Positions 35,701-44,366 of a stretch of 54,208 nucleotides of DNA are shown here, one piece after another (within the stretch, counting starts at the first letter, position 1; each line of letters begins with the position of its first letter). The stretch is from a virus. Lineage: Duplodnaviria > Caudoviricetes. The position numbers and the translations under genes are program-made. The DNA is taken from IMG/VR virus record IMGVR_UViG_3300029787_000063, positions 1 to 54,208 of that record, one strand, 5' to 3'. The notes under the pieces were generated by a model. The model had not been told where the DNA came from, ran no database searches, and saw only the letters and a list, made by a program, of their open reading frames with translations.

Positions 35701-38471
35701 TATTGTACTCGTCTAGATGCTATGACTTGCCAATCAAGCGCGCTTGATATATTTTTTATTAAACTTTGTTCTAGTTGACTATCTCTTTTTATTTTAACAA
35801 AAAATCTACCATCAAACTCTGGTTTGTTTTCAACTATTCTTCTTCTTAGCTCAGCACTACCACCACCAGTATAAGTATTTATAGTACCATCTGCAGAAAG
35901 CACTTGAACGTCTGATTCAAACTTTTTAAATATATCAAACCTATAATCTGCTGTTTGATCTTTAATGCCTTTTATTCTATACCAATTACTAGCAAAATTA
36001 TTACCAGTAGAAGCTGTGCCAATAAATCTAATATCAAAATCTTTTAACGGCGCTGGATCTGATGCTGGAAAAGAAGGGTCAAGATTTAATATTTGAGTCC
36101 AACCAGAAGTTTCTACTAAAGTTTTGTCTATAGTCACAAACTTACCATCTAACTCTGGAAAACCAGTACCACCAGCCCCACCTAAATCAAAAGGCGAAGC
36201 TGTTTTTGTGTCAATTAAAACAGGTTGTTGAAGGTTAGTTGTTTTAATAAATAGTGGAGCTTCATTTTCTATTGCTATAACTTTATATCTAGCTGGAGAA
36301 TCAACAAAAACATCTGTATCGTGTTCTTTTTTAAGTATTAAAAATGTTTCTTCATTTATTTTATTTCTTTCAGACGAAGGAAAACTAATCCATATATTAC
36401 CATCTTCAGCGTTATACCAACGATCCATTGCTAAGTTATAATACTCACTTGATGTTTCTTTAACAAAAAATTTATATGATTTAGCCCACTCAGGATGTGT
36501 GTTGTATAATTGTGCTTCTAATTTATTTTTTTTATCAGCAATTATTTTTTCTAAATATAAAGAAGCCTTGTCTATTGTGCTATTAGAAAATACAGGTGTT
36601 TCTCTACCATACTCATCTATATAAGCAACACCTAGTTGATATGTTCTTAATGTTTTTACAGATCTAGTAGGAGAATAATAATTTTCATTATTATAAAAAG
36701 CATCTATTTGTTCAGGTAATAAATTAGGCGTCATAATATTATTTGAACTAACAGAAACTTTTACATCAACAGATATTTTTGATTCTGGATCTAATTCACC
36801 AAAATTAAACTCACTATAGTGTTGTAATGCTTTTGAGTTAACAGCAAACCTATTAAACATGTTATAGTTTTGCAAATAATTACCATATACTAATCTGTTA
36901 CCTACAACTTCTTGAGCTAAAGCTACTCTTGGTACGTTATCATACGGTCTTAATAATTGATTAGCAGGCAAAATAGCATGTATCATTTCTGATGTTATTC
37001 TAGTCCAGCCTCTAGTAAATTGACTAGATACTAAACCATTAGCAGTACCTGTTGTTCTTGGGCCAACAGCATTCCACTCACTATAATTAGTTGTAGCATC
37101 ATCTAAACTTGTTATATTATTAGACCAAGGTTCAAAACCTGGTACCCAGTCGTTTTCTAAACGCTTTATAGTTTTTACAGTATATATGTTTGGTGAGTTA
37201 GACTCTTTATAAAGTATATCTACAGATATAACGTCGTCTGGTATAGACTGTCCGTGTACAAAATCTTTTATAGCTAAAAATCTTAGATTATTAACCATAC
37301 CTAGATTATAACCTTCTTTTGGTAAATAATCAAACTCTTGAGGTAAAAATGCTACTTGTGAAAAAGGTGAAAAAGAAGAGTACTCACCATCTTCATATTT
37401 ATATCTTATACCAAACCTAGGAAATTTAAATTGAAATAAAGGTTCTGCTTGTTCTAGCTCTACATACCACTCATTATTTGCAGATATTAAATTTTTATCT
37501 CCAGACAATATTTTTAATATAGCCGCACCAGTAACTATATCATAAGTTGTTATTTCTGCTCTAACATATTTTGTTTTTTCTGACTGTAGCAAATATGAAG
37601 TAGAAGCTGAAGATTCATCGCTGTATATATTTATTATATCGCCAATTATAAAGTCTGGAAAACCAACTAAAGCACCAGCTGATATAAAGTTTAAACTATA
37701 GTTTTGTATTGGATCACTATTAGTGTCAAAAAAAGCATCTGTAGAATTAAAACTACCAGTTATATTTAAAGCGTAGCTAGCTCCAAATTGAGTTGGTAAT
37801 TGCCCTTGTTCTTCTCTAAGTTTATTACGCATTTCTAAAACAGGTGGAGCTGGTGGGCTTTTCTTTATAACAGTTACATGCTCATGAGTTAAATCACCTT
37901 TAGGATAATATTCTATATTAGCGTTGTTAGTTGATATATCTCTTACATATAATTGCGTTTGGCTTGTAAAATTAGGTGTACCTAATTTACATCTATCAAT
38001 ATGTATTCTTTTTGGTTCTGAATAGTTATCAGTCCAAAACAACATATTTTCTATTATGTTAATACCTGTAATTGTAAATGCTCTATCGAAATTTAATACT
38101 CTACCGCTTTCATTTCCCGGTATAGTTCCTGCAGGAAACAGGTCTACAACAACGGGTGTTGTTGTTTGTGTTTTGTAATCATATTCAGCTATTATATCAG
38201 AAGTACTACCAGCTAGCATCCAATATATTTTATCATGCTGTTCATTAACTATGCTACCAACACAATAAAAATCACCATTATTATTAGGATCAATTGTTAT
38301 TAGCGACATATTTAAATTACCCATAACTGTTTGCACAGTACCCATATCAGAAGTATCTGACGTAGCAACTTCTATGTTTAACGCATCTCTATATTCACCG
38401 TTAGGTACTAGTCTCTCATCAAGGTCTTTGTTCATACGACCTGATGAAAATCTATGATTCAGATTTGGCAT
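29766..38471 (-). CDS. tail nozzle/muzzle ('stabilization', P22 gp10-like) protein with large insertions and a Cys-rich C-terminal extension
   Basis: 2901 aa; N-terminal GRMNKDLDERLVPNGEYRDALN, LFWTDN, FGNGVESDRVRDDFN, FGISKNPESF and FKEKEGKWF blocks; follows the ring proteins. Confidence 0.8.
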   Translation of the reverse strand: MPNLNHRFSSGRMNKDLDERLVPNGEYRDALNIEVATSDTSDMGTVQTVMGNLNMSLITIDPNNNGDFYCVGSIVNEQHDKIYWMLAGSTSDIIAEYDYKTQTTTPVVVDLFPAGTIPGNESGRVLNFDRAFTITGINIIENMLFWTDNYSEPKRIHIDRCKLGTPNFTSQTQLYVRDISTNNANIEYYPKGDLTHEHVTVIKKSPPAPPVLEMRNKLREEQGQLPTQFGASYALNITGSFNSTDAFFDTNSDPIQNYSLNFISAGALVGFPDFIIGDIINIYSDESSASTSYLLQSEKTKYVRAEITTYDIVTGAAILKILSGDKNLISANNEWYVELEQAEPLFQFKFPRFGIRYKYEDGEYSSFSPFSQVAFLPQEFDYLPKEGYNLGMVNNLRFLAIKDFVHGQSIPDDVISVDILYKESNSPNIYTVKTIKRLENDWVPGFEPWSNNITSLDDATTNYSEWNAVGPRTTGTANGLVSSQFTRGWTRITSEMIHAILPANQLLRPYDNVPRVALAQEVVGNRLVYGNYLQNYNMFNRFAVNSKALQHYSEFNFGELDPESKISVDVKVSVSSNNIMTPNLLPEQIDAFYNNENYYSPTRSVKTLRTYQLGVAYIDEYGRETPVFSNSTIDKASLYLEKIIADKKNKLEAQLYNTHPEWAKSYKFFVKETSSEYYNLAMDRWYNAEDGNIWISFPSSERNKINEETFLILKKEHDTDVFVDSPARYKVIAIENEAPLFIKTTNLQQPVLIDTKTASPFDLGGAGGTGFPELDGKFVTIDKTLVETSGWTQILNLDPSFPASDPAPLKDFDIRFIGTASTGNNFASNWYRIKGIKDQTADYRFDIFKKFESDVQVLSADGTINTYTGGGSAELRRRIVENKPEFDGRFFVKIKRDSQLEQSLIKNISSALDWQVIASRRVQYINPDSNFSKGSEAHFFGQDRRGISISENQGESNYDADMRRENGQEFWSKASHNLADGDANSSGWFIDRVEGFRRFKTTEHYFKLRNQDPWVTRDFANSTLDDHFHQSASLRWFPKHNWFSSQNGQTNAMNRYDMPVVMGTATSQTSHTRNYLYTGGNAGGINGPSYKGTGPNGEPDYLISPTGVRDTPNRDDFNAFAAANNINGAADYINQTVLRTGLNGYLQDQANFGNLASNGGEIIQSLGIDGHANAGGVNPDHSGLVGGVNSYQGTGIITISHSGVGEDLDGTDVNGKDAPGEGDTMADLVLHFDYVDPTLAKHVEDIVFINLLTTPNTVWRWSEDPDQRLYKTITPDPANLTAWGITQREIDINFRTIDTIDSKPGIGLYNYCRLGDWCDDLYLFFDSTSSNIVDTGWWVSGGIKSHSASTAPVYFTEYNFYSDATGTGQDQVNWRYSQEIGKSITNVGMSFRTNNSAIGSWVTRIMNPINNQANSCGGWEQAPSTITRPTDTNRAHGFWPMYVKDWWKGINRRRRYMIVAEAYEDGSGLGEKGSMYLPTNNPHLTPHFDSSSVLKTGTALPPTPAPGIRSDGVYSGYSIGGVVVPAGPTKEGTSGAAKFPGSCTWQIVSPYVTDDTEKYSSTNPAIFETEPKENVDLNIYYEVGQIYPIELNEKTGEQFVGPVHRSFDLARYNSKVNCYDPNPNTNPSGALRVLSTDASVTGGPVIDIRVQSIVDNVLTLCNIDGEPLSIGNNPNALLPLIGDILTFVRADGGKTETSVLNVNAFTGEIELDRNLHNYKVTLPWHNCYSFGNGVESDRVRDDFNQVTIDNGPKASTTLEEPYEEERRGSGLIYSGIYNSMSGINNLNQFIQAEKITKDLNPSYGTIQKLYARNTNLVTLCEDKVFKILANKDALFNADGNTNVTATDRVLGQTIPYAGDFGISKNPESFVNESYRSYFADKVRGQVLRLSQDGITPISDFGMGDYFADNLKLANRLIGSFDEKKDEYNLTLDYNEYPVAQPVHIIDNFIVEIEGQNCGCGGNYDIPTGRIITSSQQAITAGMVLNGPGLAPNTVVTSVTVNFSQLILTVNPEPAFTDVVSLFGPSPSAWQTHVALGTQPDPVSTYTNISGNYDTTVSFSERAKGWTSFKSWAQESGVSLNNTYYTFKEGHLHEHHVESQPRNNFYGDQYDSSIEVLFNEAPESVKSFNTLNYEGTQSRVTPDTLNSGEYWDNYLHAGWYVSNMLTNLQEGGMQEFKEKEGKWFSQIKGVTTEWLDDGKAGNIDTREFSYQGIDRTEAVTIISGGYTSYDCTECIGWNGYYGLDLNNKEQGYDSIFWGEIYSSLGLGTPPNPTTHYQQASGQVFTGTIGPGPTGNRDGLNDVIDQIWEYFWQNPTLKFWDDYHEIQGVAIQGFTSLTDTISDHFYQINGVDFTGGWYATPAPLKHTPYSPAPSTLTAGNVTYFLTAQEAIDYFSTHYSAAPYNGNFYNGMSWANFKSEVNSIGEMPTIGTQEGLGNYLSIGHMHRTPCSSAGFSCVERQDQDGEFPTLSACEAVCGLNEETYECINGQCLDPGDGSGSFSTYCECVITSLCCDEGEAYLYGCQNLTSPTPVIPGCMDDGNTTDPYITQLRPPTWIGPANNYYPAANTPDCSCEYNVPPTSITYDCSGASGINIPGVGNIPPYTCYDPGTGLGQYTNSSAISAGFSDALTHCQSDCTQIPCNPANLFSHNIVITPAIQPDCGVNNPLDGGMIQIFWTNITSDILLKVKRLTPTPLNLTQSGINILTSSHNGSTNYAAPNLVAGDYEIEMTNPVDGCGVTEIVTIPCVGAPPPPPGPCNTSNLVVDSQGTNANGVTTIPSVCNITLGNNCCNGSVNFNVISSSVGATSFTAEIYQITPPFISSGKILLSTPNDGQTFNIPGGVTWNQQTLPGGVTAGIDGNYGNPVDGFGHGNPTYYEVKITTYPDECEYTYGPISVGCSHILA

Positions 38472-38477
38472 ATTATA

Positions 38478-39716
38478 TTAATGTTTAATTTGTTTCGACT
38501 TACCTCTAAATATTTGAGTAATCTCTTCTAATTTAATATTAGATAATCTTAATTTTGCTTTTCTTGTTTCAGCAAATCTTTCTTTTTTATATCTTTGTAT
38601 TACATACTCTGGTATATTTCTTCTAGTAGACAATAAACCGTACATAATCCATTTGTACAAAGCTTCTTCAGCTAACTTATGTACTTGCATTTCATGATCT
38701 GTTCCTAAGCTGTCACTTATATATTTTAATATCACAGTTTTTCCTGAAATATTAGAACTAAAATGAATTTTTCCTGCATGACAGTCTATATAATAAGAAC
38801 CATTTACTTGTGCATGCTTCGGATCTAAACCAAATCTTCTACCTTCGTTTGGCCAATATATATCGTTTTGATAATCTTGATAATCATTAGAGTTATTTTC
38901 TGAAGGCTCGTGATTTTTGTAATTATTCCAAGCAGTTGAATTTTCATTATAAATTAAATCTTCAGAGTCTGGTATTCCATCTCCGTTTGTATCACTACTA
39001 TAAGTACCGTCAGCATCTTGTTTTATAGATCTTGGATTACTAGTTTTAGTGGCAGGATATAATACATGCTCTATACCAGCGTCATCAACACTTGTAAGCT
39101 TTACGTAGTTAACATAATCATGAGGTAAAGGCATTGTTAAATATGGTGGCACAATTATTTCTTGTGATTTGCAAGACTTAAAAGTATCAAAGCTTAATTC
39201 TGCTAAAGCTCTTTGTGCGTGAAAAGCAATATCTGTTCTTTGCGCTTTTGGTATAAGCTTATCTTCACCAATGTGAGTAAACATAAAGTTATTTATTATT
39301 TCACTTAATGGCATGAACTGATAACTACCTAATTTAGTATTTGGATCATCTTGATTAAAAGTTAATGTTACGGTTGCTCCAATAACTGAAGGTCCACTAT
39401 AAAAAGTATTATCAAACTCAACATACCAAACAGGTATTTGTGCACCAGCATTCCATTTTATAACATAATTATTATAAAAAACATTACCTACGTCTTGGTA
39501 TGTAGGTGAAACAAAAGTTCCATCAATATATAGTTTGTAAGATCCAGGTAAAGCTAGGTTTGGATCACTTGGATCAGGCGCTACATCATTATAAACCGCT
39601 GAAAAAGCGTGATTAGCAACCTGTATTGCAGTGCTAGCTCCTGAACTTACACCAGTAAAAGTGTACTTACCTCCATAATATCTTGCTTGTGAATATTGAT
39701 GTTCTAATAATGCCAT
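38478..39716 (-). CDS. tail ring/adaptor structural protein
   Basis: LPHDYVNYVKL, IHFSS...VILKYISD and EEALYKWI; located between capsid and nozzle genes. Confidence 0.7.
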   Translation of the reverse strand: MALLEHQYSQARYYGGKYTFTGVSSGASTAIQVANHAFSAVYNDVAPDPSDPNLALPGSYKLYIDGTFVSPTYQDVGNVFYNNYVIKWNAGAQIPVWYVEFDNTFYSGPSVIGATVTLTFNQDDPNTKLGSYQFMPLSEIINNFMFTHIGEDKLIPKAQRTDIAFHAQRALAELSFDTFKSCKSQEIIVPPYLTMPLPHDYVNYVKLTSVDDAGIEHVLYPATKTSNPRSIKQDADGTYSSDTNGDGIPDSEDLIYNENSTAWNNYKNHEPSENNSNDYQDYQNDIYWPNEGRRFGLDPKHAQVNGSYYIDCHAGKIHFSSNISGKTVILKYISDSLGTDHEMQVHKLAEEALYKWIMYGLLSTRRNIPEYVIQRYKKERFAETRKAKLRLSNIKLEEITQIFRGKSKQIKH

Positions 39717-39719
39717 TTA

Positions 39720-40472
39720 TTACATTTTTTGTTGTTGTATTCTTTTTATATCTTCTTGATCTGCTATTTGTACTAAACCTGGTTTATTTAATATTATACC
39801 TGCTAGCTCTAATATTTTATTAACAAGGTTTGTTTCTTCGCTAATGTGAAGTTCAAAATCATTAGCTCTACCAGCGTTGTATAAAGCTTTTTCGTTTACT
39901 ACTACATAACCCCACTCTGCTTTACTAGGCACTCTAATAAGATTAGCAGATACTACACCTTCTTCTGGAGGTGTGTTAACATCTAAAAGAGTAGGTGTAA
40001 ATACATTTATTTCAAACTGTCTACCAAAAGAAGATAATGTATAAACAGGTCTATCTATAGTAGGATGTAATATTCTTGAACTCATTATTACTTGTAAATC
40101 TTTTTGTGATACTTTTTCACAATTAATAGATTTTTCACCTATAGTTAAGTATACGTTTTGTACCCTATATACATCTCTTGGGTTAAAAGTATTTGGTGGA
40201 ATAAGCAATGGAGTTATTTGATTATTAAGTAATTCTTCTGTACTACTAAATACATTAATTTTTTCATCTAATATATCATCTGGATCAGAGTGACCAAGAT
40301 CATTACCAGCAGCTCTTTCAGTTTGGCCTCTGTCATAAAAATATTGTTCGAATATAGCCATTTGAGCTTGATTAGCCATTAAGTTAAACTCTATAGGTGT
40401 TATATAACCTCTTTGTTCTTTATTAGCCGCGGCTAAAACTCTTTGATATACCGTATCTACACTTACTGCCAT
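39720..40472 (-). CDS. tail tubular/ring (head-tail adaptor) protein
   Basis: MAVSVDTVYQRVLAAANKEQRGYITPIEFN...FELHISEE; position in the structural block. Confidence 0.7.
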   Translation of the reverse strand: MAVSVDTVYQRVLAAANKEQRGYITPIEFNLMANQAQMAIFEQYFYDRGQTERAAGNDLGHSDPDDILDEKINVFSSTEELLNNQITPLLIPPNTFNPRDVYRVQNVYLTIGEKSINCEKVSQKDLQVIMSSRILHPTIDRPVYTLSSFGRQFEINVFTPTLLDVNTPPEEGVVSANLIRVPSKAEWGYVVVNEKALYNAGRANDFELHISEETNLVNKILELAGIILNKPGLVQIADQEDIKRIQQQKM

Positions 40473-40474
40473 AA

Positions 40475-40663
40475 TTATTTTGTTTTATAAGGAAACGCTT
40501 TATTTAAAGCTTGTTGTCTTTTATTACATCCACAATCTTTTTTACCCATAGCTTTTGCACCTATTTGTGCTAAATTATGAATACCAGTAGCATGAGTAAA
40601 CTTTGCTATGGTATCTCCTAAACCTCTTGATGGTTGTCCGTAGTTTCTTAATGTTCTACTCAT
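40475..40663 (-). CDS. small hypothetical protein (GLGDT...CGC motif)
   Basis: RGLGDTIAKFTHATGI...KDCGCNKRQQALN. Confidence 0.7.
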   Translation of the reverse strand: MSRTLRNYGQPSRGLGDTIAKFTHATGIHNLAQIGAKAMGKKDCGCNKRQQALNKAFPYKTK

Positions 40664-40675
40664 ATTATGTTTTTT

Positions 40676-40700
40676 AAAAAGGTTACCCCGAAGGGTAACC
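40676..40700 (-). terminator. rho-independent terminator with cUUCGg tetraloop
   Basis: Minus strand GGTTACCC-TTCG-GGGTAACC-TTTTT, 8 bp after the 40708 stop. Confidence 0.88.
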
Positions 40701-40707
40701 GTTTTGA

Positions 40708-41559
40708 TTAGCTTAATTGTTTTTCTATATTTGTATATATTTCCATACCTTCATCAGTCTTAAACCAAGCGGCTAAAGCAGAATAAGGATGTTCATCAAA
40801 AGGAACGTTCATTAACTTTCTACCATTAGAACCCCATAAAAAAGTTCTTTGATCAGAAGATAATTTTAATATACCCATTTCAGTTGCTCTAATACCAAAG
40901 TTTCTAAGCATTACGTTTTCATCATTCACTAGCTCTAAGAACAATTCTGGATTTCTTTTAGCATATAGTAATAAATCTCTTTTAAGCTCCTTAGAACTCA
41001 TATCTGATACTTTAGAACCAATCTCAACTCTCATGATAGCTTCTGCCATATCAATATCAATATTCTTAGCAGCATTTAAAGCTTCTATTTCCATTTCTAA
41101 CCACGCTATTTCATTTGTAGCAACAGCAACTGGTTTTTCTTCATAAAATATTTTTTCTCTATCAGGATGATATAAAGAAAGTAATTTTTGTAAAACTGTT
41201 TTTTCTTTTTCAACAATTAACATACCGTTTCTAAAAATAATATGTTCTAGTCTTTGATCACCTTTCATCTCATCAACAAAAACTGTTTTTTGATTTTGAC
41301 AATACTTAAGTTCTCTTTCATAACCTAATTCTTCGTCAAACCAATGTATATTAGCAGATCTAACAGATCTTGATATAGGTTTTTTATTACCTTTTAATCT
41401 GTATATCCTATCTTTTAATTCCCAACCGTCTTTTAGTATTGTATTTTTCTTTTCAACTCTTTTTGGTTTTGGAGTTTCCATTACCGGTGTTTCAACTTTT
41501 GGTTGTTCTACAACCTGTGGAGTTGGTTCCACTTCTGTGTTTTTTGTTTTTTTTGCCAT
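40708..41559 (-). CDS. hypothetical protein downstream of the major capsid gene
   Basis: 283-aa ORF flanked by terminators. Confidence 0.75.
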   Translation of the reverse strand: MAKKTKNTEVEPTPQVVEQPKVETPVMETPKPKRVEKKNTILKDGWELKDRIYRLKGNKKPISRSVRSANIHWFDEELGYERELKYCQNQKTVFVDEMKGDQRLEHIIFRNGMLIVEKEKTVLQKLLSLYHPDREKIFYEEKPVAVATNEIAWLEMEIEALNAAKNIDIDMAEAIMRVEIGSKVSDMSSKELKRDLLLYAKRNPELFLELVNDENVMLRNFGIRATEMGILKLSSDQRTFLWGSNGRKLMNVPFDEHPYSALAAWFKTDEGMEIYTNIEKQLS

Positions 41560-41583
41560 AATATAATATATAATAAAATTAAT

Positions 41584-41620
41584 AAAAAGAAAAGGCCGAG
41601 GCCAAAGCCCCGGTCTTTTA
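41584..41620 (-). terminator. rho-independent terminator after the major capsid gene
   Basis: Minus strand GACCGGGGC-TTTG-GCCTCGGCC-TTTTCTTTTT (one G-U pair, one mismatch). Confidence 0.8.
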
Positions 41621-41631
41621 AAATAATGTGC

Positions 41632-43131
41632 TTAGTTCATTAACATAAAGTTATTAGCACCTTGTACAATTAAACATCTTTCAGATAAATAGTGTACTTG
41701 CATCGCATCTAACGCAGATGTAGCAGCACCAACAGAACCAGTAACCCAAGTTTTCATTCTTCGGTCATCAGTTTGTGAAGCTCTATATCTAACATGTAAA
41801 AATGGACGCTTTAGGTTTTTACCTAAGTTTTGATCATAAACAGAAGATACACCTGCTGGAATAATAACACCACGGATAGCTGCGCTACCTGCTGCATCAT
41901 TAATACCACCTCTTGTAGCTTTGTCATTTAAGTATCTGAAGTCAGACTTGTAGAAGTCATAAGAACCTCTTCTGAAACCAGAAAAACCTAAATTTAATGC
42001 CATATCTTCAGAGTTGTTAAATACTCCATAAGAAGTACCACCAGCTCCGTAAGAATTCATTGAAGCTAACATGTCATCAATAGCTAAACTAGTAGATCTA
42101 TTTACAAACATCATGTTTTCTTCAATAGCACCATTTTTATCAAACTCAGCTAAAATAGCATCAAACTCAGCTAAATCAGTAGCAGGGTTAACACCAGTAA
42201 CACCAGAAGTTAAATTACCTCTAGCTTCAATAGCAGCAAATAAACCTTCAGTACCAGCACCGTTAGCACCAGCATCAGCACTACCTCTAATTTGCTTGTT
42301 AGCAAAACCAATAACAGATGCAGCAGCTGTTTTTTCAGCTTCAATCATACTCATTTCTAAGTAATCAGTGAAACGTGCTCTTGTATCACCCGCAGCTTTT
42401 AAATACCACATATAACCAGATTGACCTTCTTCACCAGAAACTTCAACCCAACCTACTTGAGAAGCGTCAGATCCTGAAACCTCGTAGTAGTCTTTCATTA
42501 TAATTGGTTTGTTATCAAAATGCTTGAAAGTTGGCTCAATAGCTTCTCTTCTATCAGAGTTGTGAGTACCAGTAACATCAGAATAAGACTGACCTTTACC
42601 ATACTCAGAACCAATAACTAATACAGTAGCAGTACCATCAGATAAAGTTGATAAAGCAGCTGTTGCATAAGGCTCAACTGATACAACATTTGAGTCTGGA
42701 GTTTCAACAACTAATGCTTTAACTACAACACCAGCTTGTGCTATTAATACTGTATCATTAACTCTAATAGCATGAGTTCTACTTGTTGTAGTACCTACTG
42801 TAGTATCACCATCTATATCAGCAGTAATTGCTAACGTACCATTTGTATCACCATCTGCATCTACTGTAGCAGTATATGATAAATGTAACCTTCCTTGTTC
42901 AGACCATACAACTTGATCAGCTGTCATAGCCTCTTCAGCTCCTACTTGCGAAAGAAATCCTGAGATAGTTCTGTTTCCAAAAATCTCAGATTCTTTTTCC
43001 ATAAGATCTGGTAAATATTGTTGTGCCCAACCCGCTGTTGCTTCCGCTGTAAAATCGATATAATTCGATGCTAACGTCTGCTGCGCTGGAGCTGGAGCAA
43101 TAGTTCCCGAAGGAACGCTTGTAATTGCCAT
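41632..43131 (-). CDS. major capsid protein
   Basis: 499 aa after the scaffold gene and followed by a terminator; WAQQYLPDL, VVWSEQGRLH, GTEGLFAAI, LNLGFSGFRRG and HYLSERCL. Confidence 0.85.
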   Translation of the reverse strand: MAITSVPSGTIAPAPAQQTLASNYIDFTAEATAGWAQQYLPDLMEKESEIFGNRTISGFLSQVGAEEAMTADQVVWSEQGRLHLSYTATVDADGDTNGTLAITADIDGDTTVGTTTSRTHAIRVNDTVLIAQAGVVVKALVVETPDSNVVSVEPYATAALSTLSDGTATVLVIGSEYGKGQSYSDVTGTHNSDRREAIEPTFKHFDNKPIIMKDYYEVSGSDASQVGWVEVSGEEGQSGYMWYLKAAGDTRARFTDYLEMSMIEAEKTAAASVIGFANKQIRGSADAGANGAGTEGLFAAIEARGNLTSGVTGVNPATDLAEFDAILAEFDKNGAIEENMMFVNRSTSLAIDDMLASMNSYGAGGTSYGVFNNSEDMALNLGFSGFRRGSYDFYKSDFRYLNDKATRGGINDAAGSAAIRGVIIPAGVSSVYDQNLGKNLKRPFLHVRYRASQTDDRRMKTWVTGSVGAATSALDAMQVHYLSERCLIVQGANNFMLMN

Positions 43132-43151
43132 AATTTTAAATTTTTAAATTG

Positions 43152-44339
43152 TTATTTGTTTTTATTTTTAATTTTAAACTTAAAATCAGAAGAATTATCA
43201 CCTAAAACTTTAAACTTAGTACCACCTACTTCAATATTTCCATGGCTTTGCCTTGGAGTCATATCTACGTTTTTAGCCTTAGCAACACTAGTTTTCATAG
43301 CATCAGCCTTGCCTTGCTCGTAAAAATGTTTAGCAATGGTATCAGCGTTCATAGCCGTATACAATGCTTTGTGATATCCAGCTGCGTCTGACATTTGATT
43401 GTTTTCATCAAGAAACTTTCCTATGAATTTACCAATATCGTCTTGACTGCTCTTTACCTTGTTTGCATCTTTAATATTAAACCTATATTTTTTATCTCCA
43501 ACACTATAATCAAAGCCTTTAAACTTATCGTTAAAAACTTGATTTGTTTTCTTTAAAAAATTAGATTTAGTTGCTTCTAAAGTTTTTTGTTGTTCTTCAG
43601 ATTCTTTGTTGTATCTATTAAAAAAATTAACAGCTTTTTGTTGTTCCGGAGTCAACTTTGACCCAGCTTTAATTTCTTCATAGTATCTGGACTTTTGCCC
43701 GTCCAAGTGGCTTCTAGCGCTGGCAACTTGCTCTTTAAACGCTAGTTTTTTTCTTCGTATATCTCGATCAGTATCTTCTTCTTCGTCTACTTTAAAAGTA
43801 TCTTCCATTAAGAAGTTTATTTCATCGTTAGTTAGATGAGGTTTTGTTTGCTTGTAATATTCAAACACAATATCGTTATCATCTAATTTACTGTAATCTT
43901 GATTAAGTTTTACGTAATCATTTATATCACCACCAGTTTCTTCCATAAAGTCAACTAACTTTTGAATATTTTCTGGTAGTGGTTTACCAGTAGCTTCTGC
44001 TTCAGCTATAGCTTCTTCAACTTTTTCTTCTACTTCAGCAACTTCTTCTTCAGTTGAATCTTCAGTTACTTCTTCTAATACTGCTGTTTCTTCTTGTGCT
44101 TCAGCTTCCGGTTGTATTTCTTTTTGTTCTTGTATGGGCTCGGCATTTTCAGGCTCTGCAACCACTCCGCTGTCGTCAGCGTTATCTTCTTTAGTTTCAT
44201 TTTCTTCTTGGTTTATTGGTTTGTCTAAATCTATTTTTATAACTTCTGGGTCGTCAGCTGACATAAATTTATTTTCATCAACCTGTTCAGTCGTTTCTTG
44301 TGTAGTTTCTTCAACTACGTTGTCTTTGTTTTCTTCCAT
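43152..44339 (-). CDS. putative capsid scaffolding protein
   Basis: Highly acidic (E-rich) N-terminus with a helical C-half; lies between portal and capsid genes. Confidence 0.7.
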   Translation of the reverse strand: MEENKDNVVEETTQETTEQVDENKFMSADDPEVIKIDLDKPINQEENETKEDNADDSGVVAEPENAEPIQEQKEIQPEAEAQEETAVLEEVTEDSTEEEVAEVEEKVEEAIAEAEATGKPLPENIQKLVDFMEETGGDINDYVKLNQDYSKLDDNDIVFEYYKQTKPHLTNDEINFLMEDTFKVDEEEDTDRDIRRKKLAFKEQVASARSHLDGQKSRYYEEIKAGSKLTPEQQKAVNFFNRYNKESEEQQKTLEATKSNFLKKTNQVFNDKFKGFDYSVGDKKYRFNIKDANKVKSSQDDIGKFIGKFLDENNQMSDAAGYHKALYTAMNADTIAKHFYEQGKADAMKTSVAKAKNVDMTPRQSHGNIEVGGTKFKVLGDNSSDFKFKIKNKNK

Positions 44340-44366
44340 AATATAATATAATAATAATTAATAATT

